Below, piece after piece: positions 17,146 to 25,241 of a stretch of DNA of 28,950 nucleotides. The notes below the pieces were generated by a model. It was given only the letters and a program-made list of their open reading frames with translations, was not told the origin of the DNA and did no database searches. The translations under genes were made by a program, and so were the position numbers. Source of the DNA: a virus. Its lineage: Duplodnaviria; Caudoviricetes. Within the stretch, counting starts at the first letter, position 1; every line of letters starts with the position of its first letter. Location of the stretch: positions 1 to 28,950 of IMG/VR virus record IMGVR_UViG_3300024275_000022, one strand, 5' to 3'.

Positions 17146-17913
17146 TTACACCTGGGTGACGTTCCAGGTGCCGTCGTTGCCGAGCCGCTCGGTGAGCAGC
17201 TCCTCGCGCACACTGCCGGGCTCTGCACCGACCAACGCCGTCTTGATCAGACCACGATCGTTCAACGAGGTGAGCGTGGCCATGTCGGTGTGGAACAACC
17301 GACGTTCAGGGTCCTCGACCAACGAGCCCATCAATGCGCTGAGCGGGTTGGTCTTGGATTCCTCGGCGATCTTCTCCTCGATGGTCGGGTTCGCCATCGC
17401 ATGCTGGAGATAGTCGAACATCACCCCAGCAGCAGATCCCTCCTCGTCATCGGAGCTGATGTGCATCTGCTCCTCGGTCCAGATCACCTTGTCGCCGGTG
17501 ATCCGATACCCGTTCGAGGCGAGGATGTAGGCCCCGCCTCGCTCGTGCGCGGTGGTGGTGATGCACTCATCGACCCAGTGCTCCACCGCGTTGCGAGGTT
17601 CAGCCTCGAAGACGTACTGCATCTCGTGCGGTCGCCACCGCTCTCCAGTCAGCGGCGACTCACCGATGTTGCTGTGGAAGGACTCGAACGTGATCGCCAT
17701 CGTGTCGGCACCGAAGCCCATCGCTCCGATGTCGCCAGCCTGAATCGCCTTGTCCCGATCCACCTCACACTGCAGCGTGACAACCAGATCGTCACCACGC
17801 CAGAAGTGCAGGTAGATCGCGATGTCGGTGTTCTCGGGCCTAGACGCGACCCAGTCCTCCTTCGTCTTCTTCATCACCTCAGTTATCTGGGACGTCTTCT
17901 CCTGTAGATCCAA
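17146..17913 (-). CDS. Hypothetical protein (255 aa)
   Basis: Start reassigned to TTG 17913 (MDLQEKTSQ...), which has RBS GAGGAGG at 17920-17926. Confidence 0.75.
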   Translation of the reverse strand: MDLQEKTSQITEVMKKTKEDWVASRPENTDIAIYLHFWRGDDLVVTLQCEVDRDKAIQAGDIGAMGFGADTMAITFESFHSNIGESPLTGERWRPHEMQYVFEAEPRNAVEHWVDECITTTAHERGGAYILASNGYRITGDKVIWTEEQMHISSDDEEGSAAGVMFDYLQHAMANPTIEEKIAEESKTNPLSALMGSLVEDPERRLFHTDMATLTSLNDRGLIKTALVGAEPGSVREELLTERLGNDGTWNVTQV

Positions 17914-18556
17914 CAGGAGCCTCCTCAGTCGCAATCGCGATGCCGTCGAGGACATCCCGCTCGCGCCAGCTAGTACCGAGCTTGTTGCCGGCGAGGAAGG
18001 ACGCGCAGACACACGCCATTCCGCCCATGATCCAGATGTCCCAGATCTTGATGGGGTCTACCTCGGAGTGGGCGAACCCGGTGACGTGAGCGAGGTGGTT
18101 GACGCCGCCCATCAGGTACTCCCCGAAGTAGGTGACGACCTCTTCGTCGTCTGCGAACCCCGTGCTCAGCTCCTTCGACGCCTTCAGGAAGTCATCGTCT
18201 TCCCAGAGGTTGTCCGCCGTGTGGAAGTGGATCGCCATCCGCACCAGGTGGTTGTCCCGCTGCCCGATCAGCACTCCGTCCGAGAAGGCCCGGAATGTGG
18301 TCGCGAGCAGTGGAGTGACCATCTCCATCGCGGTCAGCTTCAGCAGCTCATCCGCGTTGCTGGTCAGGGTGGCTCCCGCGAAGTGCCGGTAGCCACGACG
18401 GGTGACGATCTGCACCCGGTTCTCGAAGTAGGCCTTCATGGCCATGAAGCCCGGAGCCTGGGCCAGGTCGTCCGCGACGAGCGTGACCGGACCTTCCACC
18501 TCCGGGTGCCGAGCCTTCTCGAAGCTAGCTCTGACTTCCTCGATCAGATCGGTCAT
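17879..18556 (-). CDS. Hypothetical protein (225 aa)
   Basis: RBS GAAGGGAG; ATGA overlap with the upstream gene. Confidence 0.75.
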   Translation of the reverse strand: MTDLIEEVRASFEKARHPEVEGPVTLVADDLAQAPGFMAMKAYFENRVQIVTRRGYRHFAGATLTSNADELLKLTAMEMVTPLLATTFRAFSDGVLIGQRDNHLVRMAIHFHTADNLWEDDDFLKASKELSTGFADDEEVVTYFGEYLMGGVNHLAHVTGFAHSEVDPIKIWDIWIMGGMACVCASFLAGNKLGTSWRERDVLDGIAIATEEAPVGSTGEDVPDN

Positions 18557-18834
18557 GTTGCTCCCTTCGCGACCAGGAACTCCAGGAACTCCTGCACCAT
18601 CGCGATGTTCATGACGATGGGGAAGTTGTTCACGTCCACCTGGTCGGACTGGTAGGTACGACCAGCTACGAAGCAGAGCACAGCGATGTTGAGGTCCTCG
18701 TCGTTCGGCGGCGGGAACTGGTTGCTGCTGTAGATCCGCGTGACGATGTCCTTCAGCTGCTCCTCGATCTCGTCAGAGACGTTGGTGCCTAGCGTGGTAA
18801 TCGCCTCCTCAGTGAAGGCGTCTTCTACATCCAT
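18553..18834 (-). CDS. Hypothetical acidic protein
   Basis: 93 aa; RBS GAGAGGA upstream. Confidence 0.75.
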   Translation of the reverse strand: MDVEDAFTEEAITTLGTNVSDEIEEQLKDIVTRIYSSNQFPPPNDEDLNIAVLCFVAGRTYQSDQVDVNNFPIVMNIAMVQEFLEFLVAKGAT

Positions 18835-18853
18835 CTGATTCCTCTCATGGGGA

Positions 18854-18900
18854 GCCCCGAGGGGCCGGGCGGGAAGACTACTGACCCGGCCCCCCGAGGC
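18854..18900 (-). terminator. Stem-loop downstream of the ATPase gene
   Basis: On the - strand GCCTCGGGGGGCCGGG...CCCGGCCCCTCGGGGC forms a 16-bp stem with two G-U pairs; no U-tract. Confidence 0.6.
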
Positions 18901-18920
18901 GGTCTTACCGAGGGACTAGA

Positions 18921-20414
18921 TCAGCCCTGCACCAGGATCCTGCCGTCGTCATGGATGTCGACGTAGTGACCCCTGAGCTCCTCGGCGATCAGCTCACGCA
19001 TCGCCGTGACGAGCTCCGGCTTGTAGGGCCGGTCCTCGCTCTCCGTGTGCAGCTTCCAGGCCGCACGCAGGGCGTTCGCACACCGCACGAAGTCGTCGGT
19101 CGCCAGCGGCTGGCCGAGTGCCTTCGTCCGGATCACGCTCTGCTTGGAGACGCCCTTCAGCGCCTGCACGATCCACGAAGGCGCGAACCCCTCGTAGGCC
19201 GTGTGCAGCGCCTCGTAGTCGAGCTCCTCACGCTGCTCGGCGGGGATGAGGACGTTGATCAGACGCTCCACGCCCTCCTTGTCGAGGTCACTGACGTAGA
19301 TCATCCGGTTGATCCGGCCTGCCCGCGTCATCGCCTTCGGCAGCTCGCCCACGTGGTTGCTGGTCATCAGGAGCAGTACCTCCCGACCCTTCGTCCGCAT
19401 GCCGTCGAACTGCTCCAGGAGCTGGTCCATCTTCTGCGGGTTCTGGCTGATCAGCTTCTCCACGTCCTCGATCACGATGACCGTCGGAGTGCCGAGGAGC
19501 TCTGCGAAGCGCATCACATGCTTCAGATCCTCGTCCCACCGAGCCTGGATGAACGACCAGTCGCTCTCCAGACAGATCTGCGCGGTGATGCCGGCGGCCA
19601 GCGTCTTGCCGGTGCCGTTCTCACCCCACAGGAGCACCTTGTTCCCCAGGTCGTTGCCGTTCTGCCGAAGGAGCTCGGCGGTCTCGACAACACCCCAGAT
19701 CTCGTCGGTCAGGGCCTCGAAGACGTCCTGAGCGTAGACGACCTGGGACCGGTCGATGGTGTACGGGTTGAAGAACTCCGGCTCCTTGTAGGAACCGTTG
19801 ATGATCCGCCCGACACCGATCAGGGCCTTGTTCCGGTAGATGGAGTGCTCCCGGATGTAGGCCTCCACGAGCATCAGCAGCCCGCGGATCTCGATCTCGT
19901 ACTTCTTCTTGGCCATGACGTACACCTGGAACGCCATCCCGTAGTCGTCGTCCGCGCGCTCCTGCAGGTAGAACTCCGCGCCGAGTGGCGGGAACTGCAG
20001 GAGGCCGAACGGGACCTGAACCTCCTCGGTCGGGCTGACCTTGACCGTGCGGAGCTCGGGGAGCTGGTTGCCGAAGAAGCTCCGGATCTCCTTACCCAAC
20101 GCGGTCATGCCGTAGACGTCCTTCAGGACCTTGTTGAAGGCGAAGGCACCGTCCATGGGACGGCAGTCGAACGGCTTGGTGTACTCGTGCATGGCCTCCT
20201 CGGCCTCGGCCTGAGCCAGCAGCATGTTGGCTGCCTTCTTCAGTCCGAGCTTCGAGGGGACCTGTGGCAGTGCGATCCGGATACCGCCGTCTTCGCGGTA
20301 CTCGAACGCGCTCTCCACCGTGATCCGGCCACCGGCGACGTCCTTCAGGAAGTCGTTGGCCTTCTTCACGTCCCTGCGTGCTGCCTTGTCACTCCACATG
20401 CTCTCTTCCGACAT
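18921..20414 (-). CDS. AAA+ family ATPase
   Basis: 497 aa. Walker A GENGTGKT, Walker B variant VIVIEDVE, sensor 1 MTSN, second region of homology AMTRAGRIN; long N-terminal domain of unknown function. Confidence 0.9.
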   Translation of the reverse strand: MSEESMWSDKAARRDVKKANDFLKDVAGGRITVESAFEYREDGGIRIALPQVPSKLGLKKAANMLLAQAEAEEAMHEYTKPFDCRPMDGAFAFNKVLKDVYGMTALGKEIRSFFGNQLPELRTVKVSPTEEVQVPFGLLQFPPLGAEFYLQERADDDYGMAFQVYVMAKKKYEIEIRGLLMLVEAYIREHSIYRNKALIGVGRIINGSYKEPEFFNPYTIDRSQVVYAQDVFEALTDEIWGVVETAELLRQNGNDLGNKVLLWGENGTGKTLAAGITAQICLESDWSFIQARWDEDLKHVMRFAELLGTPTVIVIEDVEKLISQNPQKMDQLLEQFDGMRTKGREVLLLMTSNHVGELPKAMTRAGRINRMIYVSDLDKEGVERLINVLIPAEQREELDYEALHTAYEGFAPSWIVQALKGVSKQSVIRTKALGQPLATDDFVRCANALRAAWKLHTESEDRPYKPELVTAMRELIAEELRGHYVDIHDDGRILVQG

Positions 20415-20462
20415 ACGGTGTACTGCTCCTTCGGTTGTTGGTTGTCGGTTGATGTGCAGGAA

Positions 20463-20732
20463 CTACTCGATGTGGCCGAGTTCGTCCCGTGATGCGTTGA
20501 GTTCGACACGGCACTGCTCATACCTCGCGTCGTGATGATGGGTGTGCTGATGACGAGCACCCTCGTCGAAGACGACCTTGGTGATCTTGTGGTCTTCTTC
20601 GAGACCCTCCACAGCACCGGTGCGCACGTACGTCCCGGTCCTGTTGGTGATTCGGGTCAAGAGGGCAGAGGTCAGTGGCTTGTCCGCTTCGTAGAGCAGA
20701 TCCACCAAGATCCTTGCCCGATAGATGGTCAT
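20463..20732 (-). CDS. Hypothetical protein
   Basis: 89 aa; RBS GAAGGGA upstream of the ATG. Confidence 0.65.
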   Translation of the reverse strand: MTIYRARILVDLLYEADKPLTSALLTRITNRTGTYVRTGAVEGLEEDHKITKVVFDEGARHQHTHHHDARYEQCRVELNASRDELGHIE

Positions 20733-20772
20733 ACGTATCCCTTCATGTTTGAGCTGACATCTGGGATCACTG

Positions 20773-21165
20773 CTAGTTCTCGTCCTTGTTGCCTCCCCTC
20801 TTGGAGAACTTGTCGATCCACTGGTCGGTGGTAGCTGCAGGTACCCCTAGCCAGTGCTGGCCCTCGTTCCTGGTGAAGAGCACGTGTGTGCTGCGCTCTC
20901 CATCAGGACCGAAGAACTCGACGAGCGACGCCTGGAGGACGTCGTCGATGGCGAGCGCGCGCAGATAGACCACTGCGCTGAGCTCGTTGGAGCGGAGCAT
21001 CCGCTCGCGCGTGGCGAGGAACGTGGCGTCACCTGGGGTGAACATCTCACGAACCTCGCCACGCGGGCCGAGGAGCATCGCTCGCTCGGTCTTGGTTGCC
21101 CAGTTGCCCCAGGCCAGATCTCTGGCTACCCGGGCCAACTTCCGATCCTTGGGGGCATCCGTCAT
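20773..21165 (-). CDS. Hypothetical protein
   Basis: 130 aa; ATGA overlap with the upstream gene. Confidence 0.7.
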   Translation of the reverse strand: MTDAPKDRKLARVARDLAWGNWATKTERAMLLGPRGEVREMFTPGDATFLATRERMLRSNELSAVVYLRALAIDDVLQASLVEFFGPDGERSTHVLFTRNEGQHWLGVPAATTDQWIDKFSKRGGNKDEN

Positions 21166-21422
21166 GCCGGCTGTGCCTCCGGCGGGTCGATCGGACCGAA
21201 CTGGTACTCCATCTGTCGCTTCATCTCCTCACTCGGGCTACCGAATGTGACTGTCCGCACCACCACGCCGTCCTCGTCACGAATGGCGAGAGAGACGTTG
21301 GCGTTGCGTAGACCAGGGAAGGCGGTGGTCAGCGCCTGCATCAGGTAGATCTCGGTCCGGTTCAGGTTGTTCTCCTGGGACTCGAACACGATGTCCACCG
21401 AGATGACTCTCTGTTTCGTCAT
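21162..21422 (-). CDS. Hypothetical protein
   Basis: Start likely ATG 21422 (MTKQRVIS...) after RBS AAGGAGG; 86 aa. Confidence 0.7.
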   Translation of the reverse strand: MTKQRVISVDIVFESQENNLNRTEIYLMQALTTAFPGLRNANVSLAIRDEDGVVVRTVTFGSPSEEMKRQMEYQFGPIDPPEAQPA

Positions 21423-21441
21423 CTGTCCTCCTTCGGACATG

Positions 21442-21475
21442 AGAAAGGGGCGGAGGAGTTACTCCCCCGCCCCTT
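21442..21475 (-). terminator. Intrinsic terminator-like hairpin
   Basis: On the - strand AAGGGGCGGGGGAG-TAA-CTCCTCCGCCCCTT followed by TCT, just after the stop of 21482-22333. Confidence 0.65.
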
Positions 21476-21481
21476 CCCTGA

Positions 21482-22333
21482 TCACGCCAGGACAGCCTCG
21501 GGCTGAACCGAGACCGAAGCCTGCGTGAGCAGCTTCCGCACCCTGGAGTCCGCGGCGCGGACTGCGGTGTTGCACTTGATCCAGCTGATGCCCTTCTGGT
21601 CCTCAGCGTTGAGACCGGCCTCCACCAGGGCCTTGTACGCCCGGTACAGGTCGCCGGCGGGCTTGGTGCTGCCCGACAGGCGCTGCTCGACCACGTACTG
21701 CTGAGCCGCGATGGCGTTCCGGTCGGACTTGTTCGCAGCGGTGGCCTTCTTGGCCTCCAGCTCCTCGAAGTACGACATCAGCGTGGCGTTCTGGTCCGTG
21801 CTGAGGGTCAGGTGGTCGCCCTTGAACATCTTGTCGACCGCGGTCTCCTTGGAGCCGAACCAGAACCGACCGGTCACCAGGACGTAGGTGACGTAGCCGA
21901 TGGCAGCGATCCCCAGGATGAGGGGGCCGAAGGTGGCGACAGCAGCGGTACCGAAGATGGCACCGAGAGCGAACCGGACCGGCGTGCTGGCCCAGTACAG
22001 AGCCGGGCTGACGTAGCTCCAGCCGGCGATCAGACCATCCGCGATCCAGTTCCACGAGGCGATCCACCACCGCTTGGAGCGGGCTCCTCCGTTCTTGGTC
22101 TTGGCCCAGAGCCACTTGGAGCCCCGGACCACCTTGTCCTCGAACCAGTCGTAGACCTCGACGGCGGCGTCGGCGATCCAGTTCATGGCCCTGGTGAACC
22201 AGCTCCAGCCGGTCTTGGCGGCGCGGACAGTGGTGTCCTTCGCGCCCGCGATCCACGAGATGTTGTCCTCGGTGGTCGCGATCTCTGCGGTGGTGGTCAC
22301 CACCACGGGACGTTCAGATGTTGCAGTAGACAT
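21482..22333 (-). CDS. Trp-rich membrane protein
   Basis: 283 aa; periodic Trp region then two hydrophobic segments (FALGAIFGTAAVATFG; LILGIAAIGYVTYVLV). RBS AGAAGGA. Confidence 0.8.
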   Translation of the reverse strand: MSTATSERPVVVTTTAEIATTEDNISWIAGAKDTTVRAAKTGWSWFTRAMNWIADAAVEVYDWFEDKVVRGSKWLWAKTKNGGARSKRWWIASWNWIADGLIAGWSYVSPALYWASTPVRFALGAIFGTAAVATFGPLILGIAAIGYVTYVLVTGRFWFGSKETAVDKMFKGDHLTLSTDQNATLMSYFEELEAKKATAANKSDRNAIAAQQYVVEQRLSGSTKPAGDLYRAYKALVEAGLNAEDQKGISWIKCNTAVRAADSRVRKLLTQASVSVQPEAVLA

Positions 22334-22366
22334 GAGTCTGTCCTTCTGTGAGTTGTGCGGACATGC

Positions 22367-22401
22367 AAAAAGCCCCCACAGCTATCGGAGCTGTGAGGGC
22401 T
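22367..22401 (-). terminator. Rho-independent terminator
   Basis: On the - strand GCCCTCACAGCT-CCGAT-AGCTGTGGGGGC followed by TTTTT. Confidence 0.85.
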
Positions 22402-22438
22402 GGTACCTGAGCACATGCAGTCGCTCGGGTACGTGTCT

Positions 22439-22467
22439 ATTGTATCACAAACACTACATACAGTCCA
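22439..22467 (-). promoter_or_regulatory. Sigma70/SigA-type promoter, leftward
   Basis: -35 TGGACT (22467-22462), 17-bp spacer, extended -10 TGaTACAAT (22444-22439), in a locally AT-rich intergenic region. Confidence 0.7.
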
Positions 22468-22470
22468 GGG

Positions 22471-23172
22471 CTAGTTGGAGATCCCTGGGAGCTGCCACTC
22501 CTCGTCGCCGAGATCGGCCTTCGAGTCACAGCTCTTGCAATGCAGTCTTGCGACGTGGGTCGAGGTCTCCTCAGGTTCGGTGACCGGCACGTAGAACTCG
22601 TGCCCGTCGATCGTCAGAGAGCCGACCCGGCTCCTGTACTGCAGCTTCCGGACGACGTCGATCTCGACATCGGTGGAGTTGCAGTTCGGGCAGTGCACGG
22701 AGCGAGGAACCGTCTCTGGTGAGTGCTGAGACAGCGCCTCGGTGTACTTGTCGTGGCACCGCAGGATCCACTCCGGCATCTCGGTGGGAAAGCCCTTCTT
22801 CTTCCAGGTCCGGGCCTCCTTGTACCGGTACGCCTTGATCGGCATCAGCTTCAGCCGGCTGAACCAGCCGATGCTGTCGTCGGGATCGGCGGCGGAGAAG
22901 AACTGGCAGAGCACGAACGAGTTCATCTCCCGCTCGGACCAGTCCGGGAAGGTGGCCTCGTGTGCGCTGGCGTCGAGCGCCTTCACGAACACGAGGTCGT
23001 TCTCCAGTTGGGTGTTGGCCTGAGCGACGATCGCGCAGTCACCTGCGCTGAACGCGAGCTGCTCTTCGAGCGGCATGATCTCGTTCTCGACCTTCTCGGC
23101 GTCCCCCACGAAGGACTGCTGACTGAACAGCATCACCATCAGCGGGTGCGCTTCGTGCTCGTGGTCGCTCAT
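22471..23172 (-). CDS. Hypothetical protein with a C-terminal Zn-ribbon-like pair of CxxC motifs
   Basis: 233 aa; CPNC and CKSC; ATGA overlap. Confidence 0.75.
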   Translation of the reverse strand: MSDHEHEAHPLMVMLFSQQSFVGDAEKVENEIMPLEEQLAFSAGDCAIVAQANTQLENDLVFVKALDASAHEATFPDWSEREMNSFVLCQFFSAADPDDSIGWFSRLKLMPIKAYRYKEARTWKKKGFPTEMPEWILRCHDKYTEALSQHSPETVPRSVHCPNCNSTDVEIDVVRKLQYRSRVGSLTIDGHEFYVPVTEPEETSTHVARLHCKSCDSKADLGDEEWQLPGISN

Positions 23173-23306
23173 TCGAGCTCCTCGTCGGTGTGGATGATGA
23201 TCGAGATGCCGAGACCGACCTCCTGGGCGGCTGCCTCGAAGACGTCGCGGAACTCCGACCAGTCCTCGACGACTTCTTCGTCTTCGAGTTGAACTTTCAG
23301 TTTCAT
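23169..23306 (-). CDS. Small acidic hypothetical protein (45 aa, not in the ORF track)
   Basis: MKLKVQLEDEEVVEDWSEFRDVFEAAAQEVGLGISIIIHTDEELE. It follows the GAAGGGAAGAC motif, and its stop overlaps the next ATG. Confidence 0.7.
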   Translation of the reverse strand: MKLKVQLEDEEVVEDWSEFRDVFEAAAQEVGLGISIIIHTDEELE

Positions 23307-23315
23307 GTCTTCCCT

Positions 23316-23489
23316 TCAGTTCAGGTTGACCCGAGCGAACTTCGCCCCTCGGGCCAGGTAGTAGCTGAGAACACGGACTGCTGACATGCCAAGGGCCCAG
23401 TCAGCGAGAGGTGGTGCCTCTACCACCACTCCCTTCTCGACCCGGAAGCCGAAGTTGGAGTGGGGCAGGAGCACGAGCACCCAGATCAT
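23316..23489 (-). CDS. Small hypothetical protein (57 aa)
   Basis: Start likely ATG 23489 via a TGATG overlap: MIWVLVLLPHSNFGFRVEKGVVVEAPPLADWALG... Confidence 0.65.
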   Translation of the reverse strand: MIWVLVLLPHSNFGFRVEKGVVVEAPPLADWALGMSAVRVLSYYLARGAKFARVNLN

Positions 23490-24169
23490 CAGTCGAAGAA
23501 GCTCTCGAAGAAGCCCCATCCACACCCGATGCCGCCGTAGATGGTGGCGGCTGCTGGGGCAGCCACTCCATCAGTGGAGAACGCGCCGACTGCACCGAGC
23601 ACCAGCGCACCGCCGCAGTAGGCCACGGTGATCCCGCGCTCCACTGCCTTTCGGTGTCCGGACTCGAACGCCGTGCAGGTGGCTGGGTTGATGCTGATCG
23701 GACTGCCCGCAGCGCAGTTGCTGTGGGCCATCAGGTCTCCGTACGCCTTCCAGGCCAGGCAGTAGTCGGTACAGCCCGGGTCCTTGGTCAGGTACTTCGC
23801 ACGCAGGATCCCCTCGACCTTCGGGTGATGCTTCAGGAAGACCACCATGGCGTGGTGGGCGTCCTTCCGGAAGTGCCGTGGGTTCTTGAACGCCGCTGCC
23901 GGCGAGAACCCGTGTGCGTGGTGGATCTTCCCGGACTTGAACCGTTTCACCACCTGGTGGGTGGTCAGGCAGTTACCGTCCGGGTCGTTGAACGCACACT
24001 GAGCGCTGGCCTTGTCGAGCAGCGCCGACGCACCGAACGAGAGCACCGTCATCAGCAGGAAGGCCACCAGATAGGTGACCAGCTTCCGAGTGGTGCTCCA
24101 GCTGCGGTAGGTGTTGTCGAACCTCTTCCAGAGAGACCCCGTCGAATCGGGGCCGAGTCCCTCGTTCAT
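23489..24169 (-). CDS. Secreted or membrane-anchored Cys-rich protein with a hydrophobic Gly-rich C-terminus
   Basis: 226 aa; hydrophobic stretch LVTYLVAFLLMTVLSFGASALL then ASA-Q; 8 Cys. Confidence 0.75.
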   Translation of the reverse strand: MNEGLGPDSTGSLWKRFDNTYRSWSTTRKLVTYLVAFLLMTVLSFGASALLDKASAQCAFNDPDGNCLTTHQVVKRFKSGKIHHAHGFSPAAAFKNPRHFRKDAHHAMVVFLKHHPKVEGILRAKYLTKDPGCTDYCLAWKAYGDLMAHSNCAAGSPISINPATCTAFESGHRKAVERGITVAYCGGALVLGAVGAFSTDGVAAPAAATIYGGIGCGWGFFESFFD

Positions 24170-24173
24170 CTCT

Positions 24174-24299
24174 CTACTCCATTCCTTCGTCGTACTGACC
24201 CAGGTCTTCCTGGGCCCGTCGTGCGTGGTACGCCTCCATCACGAGGTTGACGATGATCGCCCAACCGATCATCTGCATGGTGTCGAAGAAGTGATTCAT
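24174..24299 (-). CDS. Small putative membrane peptide (41 aa, not in the ORF track)
   Basis: MNHFFDTMQMIGWAIIVNLVMEAYHARRAQEDLGQYDEGME. TGATG overlap with the SPFH gene; fills the gap between neighbours. Confidence 0.55.
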   Translation of the reverse strand: MNHFFDTMQMIGWAIIVNLVMEAYHARRAQEDLGQYDEGME

Positions 24300-25228
24300 C
24301 ACTGGCCTGCTCCTAGCGTTCCGCCGACGATGTACTGCGGCTGGTACGGGTTCCCGCCCTGGGCGATGAGCTGGTTCTCGTTGTACGCCCGGAGCGCCTG
24401 TGCTGGCGTCATGCCCTTCAGCTGGAAGCCCTCCAGGGTGGCCCTCTGCTTGGCCGCGTTCGCCTTGGCTACTGCGGTCTCCGCTTCGGCCTGGGCCTTC
24501 TCCGCCTTGGCCTGCGCCTGCAGGGCCTCGGACTTGGCCACGTTGGTCTGCTCAGAGGCCACCGCGGCAGAGAGCTCCGAGTTCTCCGGAGCCGGCGTGC
24601 CGATCAGGACTGAGATGCCCTCGAAGTACTGACCCTTCGCGGTCTGGACCATCAGGCTGTTGTCCGACTGGAGAGCGGCGTTCATCTGCTGCTCGATGTC
24701 GGTCTTGGTCTTCGGGTCGTTCCAGACGTTCTGCCAGTTGAACTGCTGGACGATCCGGTCCAGGGTCTGGTCGGCAGGGTCAGCGACCAGCTTCCGGAGC
24801 AGGGTCTCCCACTGGTCGTTGTAGGTGCCATCCGAGTCGAAGTGCACCGCGTACCTACGTGCGTAGCTGGTGTAGAACTTCTCCAGCGTGTCGCAGTCGG
24901 TCTTCAGGGTGAACCGGATGGTCACCGGGATGTTCATGACCACCTTGTCCTTGGTGACCGAGGTGAAGTCCTTGCTGTCGCTCCCGGTCTGGCCGGTGGC
25001 GTCCCACTCCCGCTCGGAGGTGGGGAAGAGCGGGTAGTCGTCGTTGGTCGACCACCAGTGCTTCCGGGAGGCCGAGGGCACACAGCCGACGACCTGCTTG
25101 GAGTCGTTCGGGCCGCTCTTGACGTGCACGGCGACCATGTCGCTGGGGACGTTGTATCCGCAGCCACTCATTCCGATCACGAGGCCGCCCCCGACCAGTG
25201 CGAGGGCGGCCTTCTTCATCTTGTTCAT
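24299..25228 (-). CDS. SPFH / Band-7 domain lipoprotein
   Basis: 309 aa; lipobox MSGC after a basic and hydrophobic signal; SPFH-like core (VTKDKVVMNIPVTIRFTL); Ala/Gln-rich coiled-coil tail ending GGNPYQP. Confidence 0.8.
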   Translation of the reverse strand: MNKMKKAALALVGGGLVIGMSGCGYNVPSDMVAVHVKSGPNDSKQVVGCVPSASRKHWWSTNDDYPLFPTSEREWDATGQTGSDSKDFTSVTKDKVVMNIPVTIRFTLKTDCDTLEKFYTSYARRYAVHFDSDGTYNDQWETLLRKLVADPADQTLDRIVQQFNWQNVWNDPKTKTDIEQQMNAALQSDNSLMVQTAKGQYFEGISVLIGTPAPENSELSAAVASEQTNVAKSEALQAQAKAEKAQAEAETAVAKANAAKQRATLEGFQLKGMTPAQALRAYNENQLIAQGGNPYQPQYIVGGTLGAGQ

Positions 25229-25241
25229 GTGTGTTGGATTC

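Noticed and set aside
18871-18878. GGGAAGAC in the loop of the 18854-18900 hairpin resembles the start-associated motif
   Set aside because: Only 8 nt, on the opposite strand and not next to a start codon.
20525-20560. His-rich run HQHTHHHD in the 89-aa ORF
   Set aside because: Too short to support a metal-binding call without homologs.
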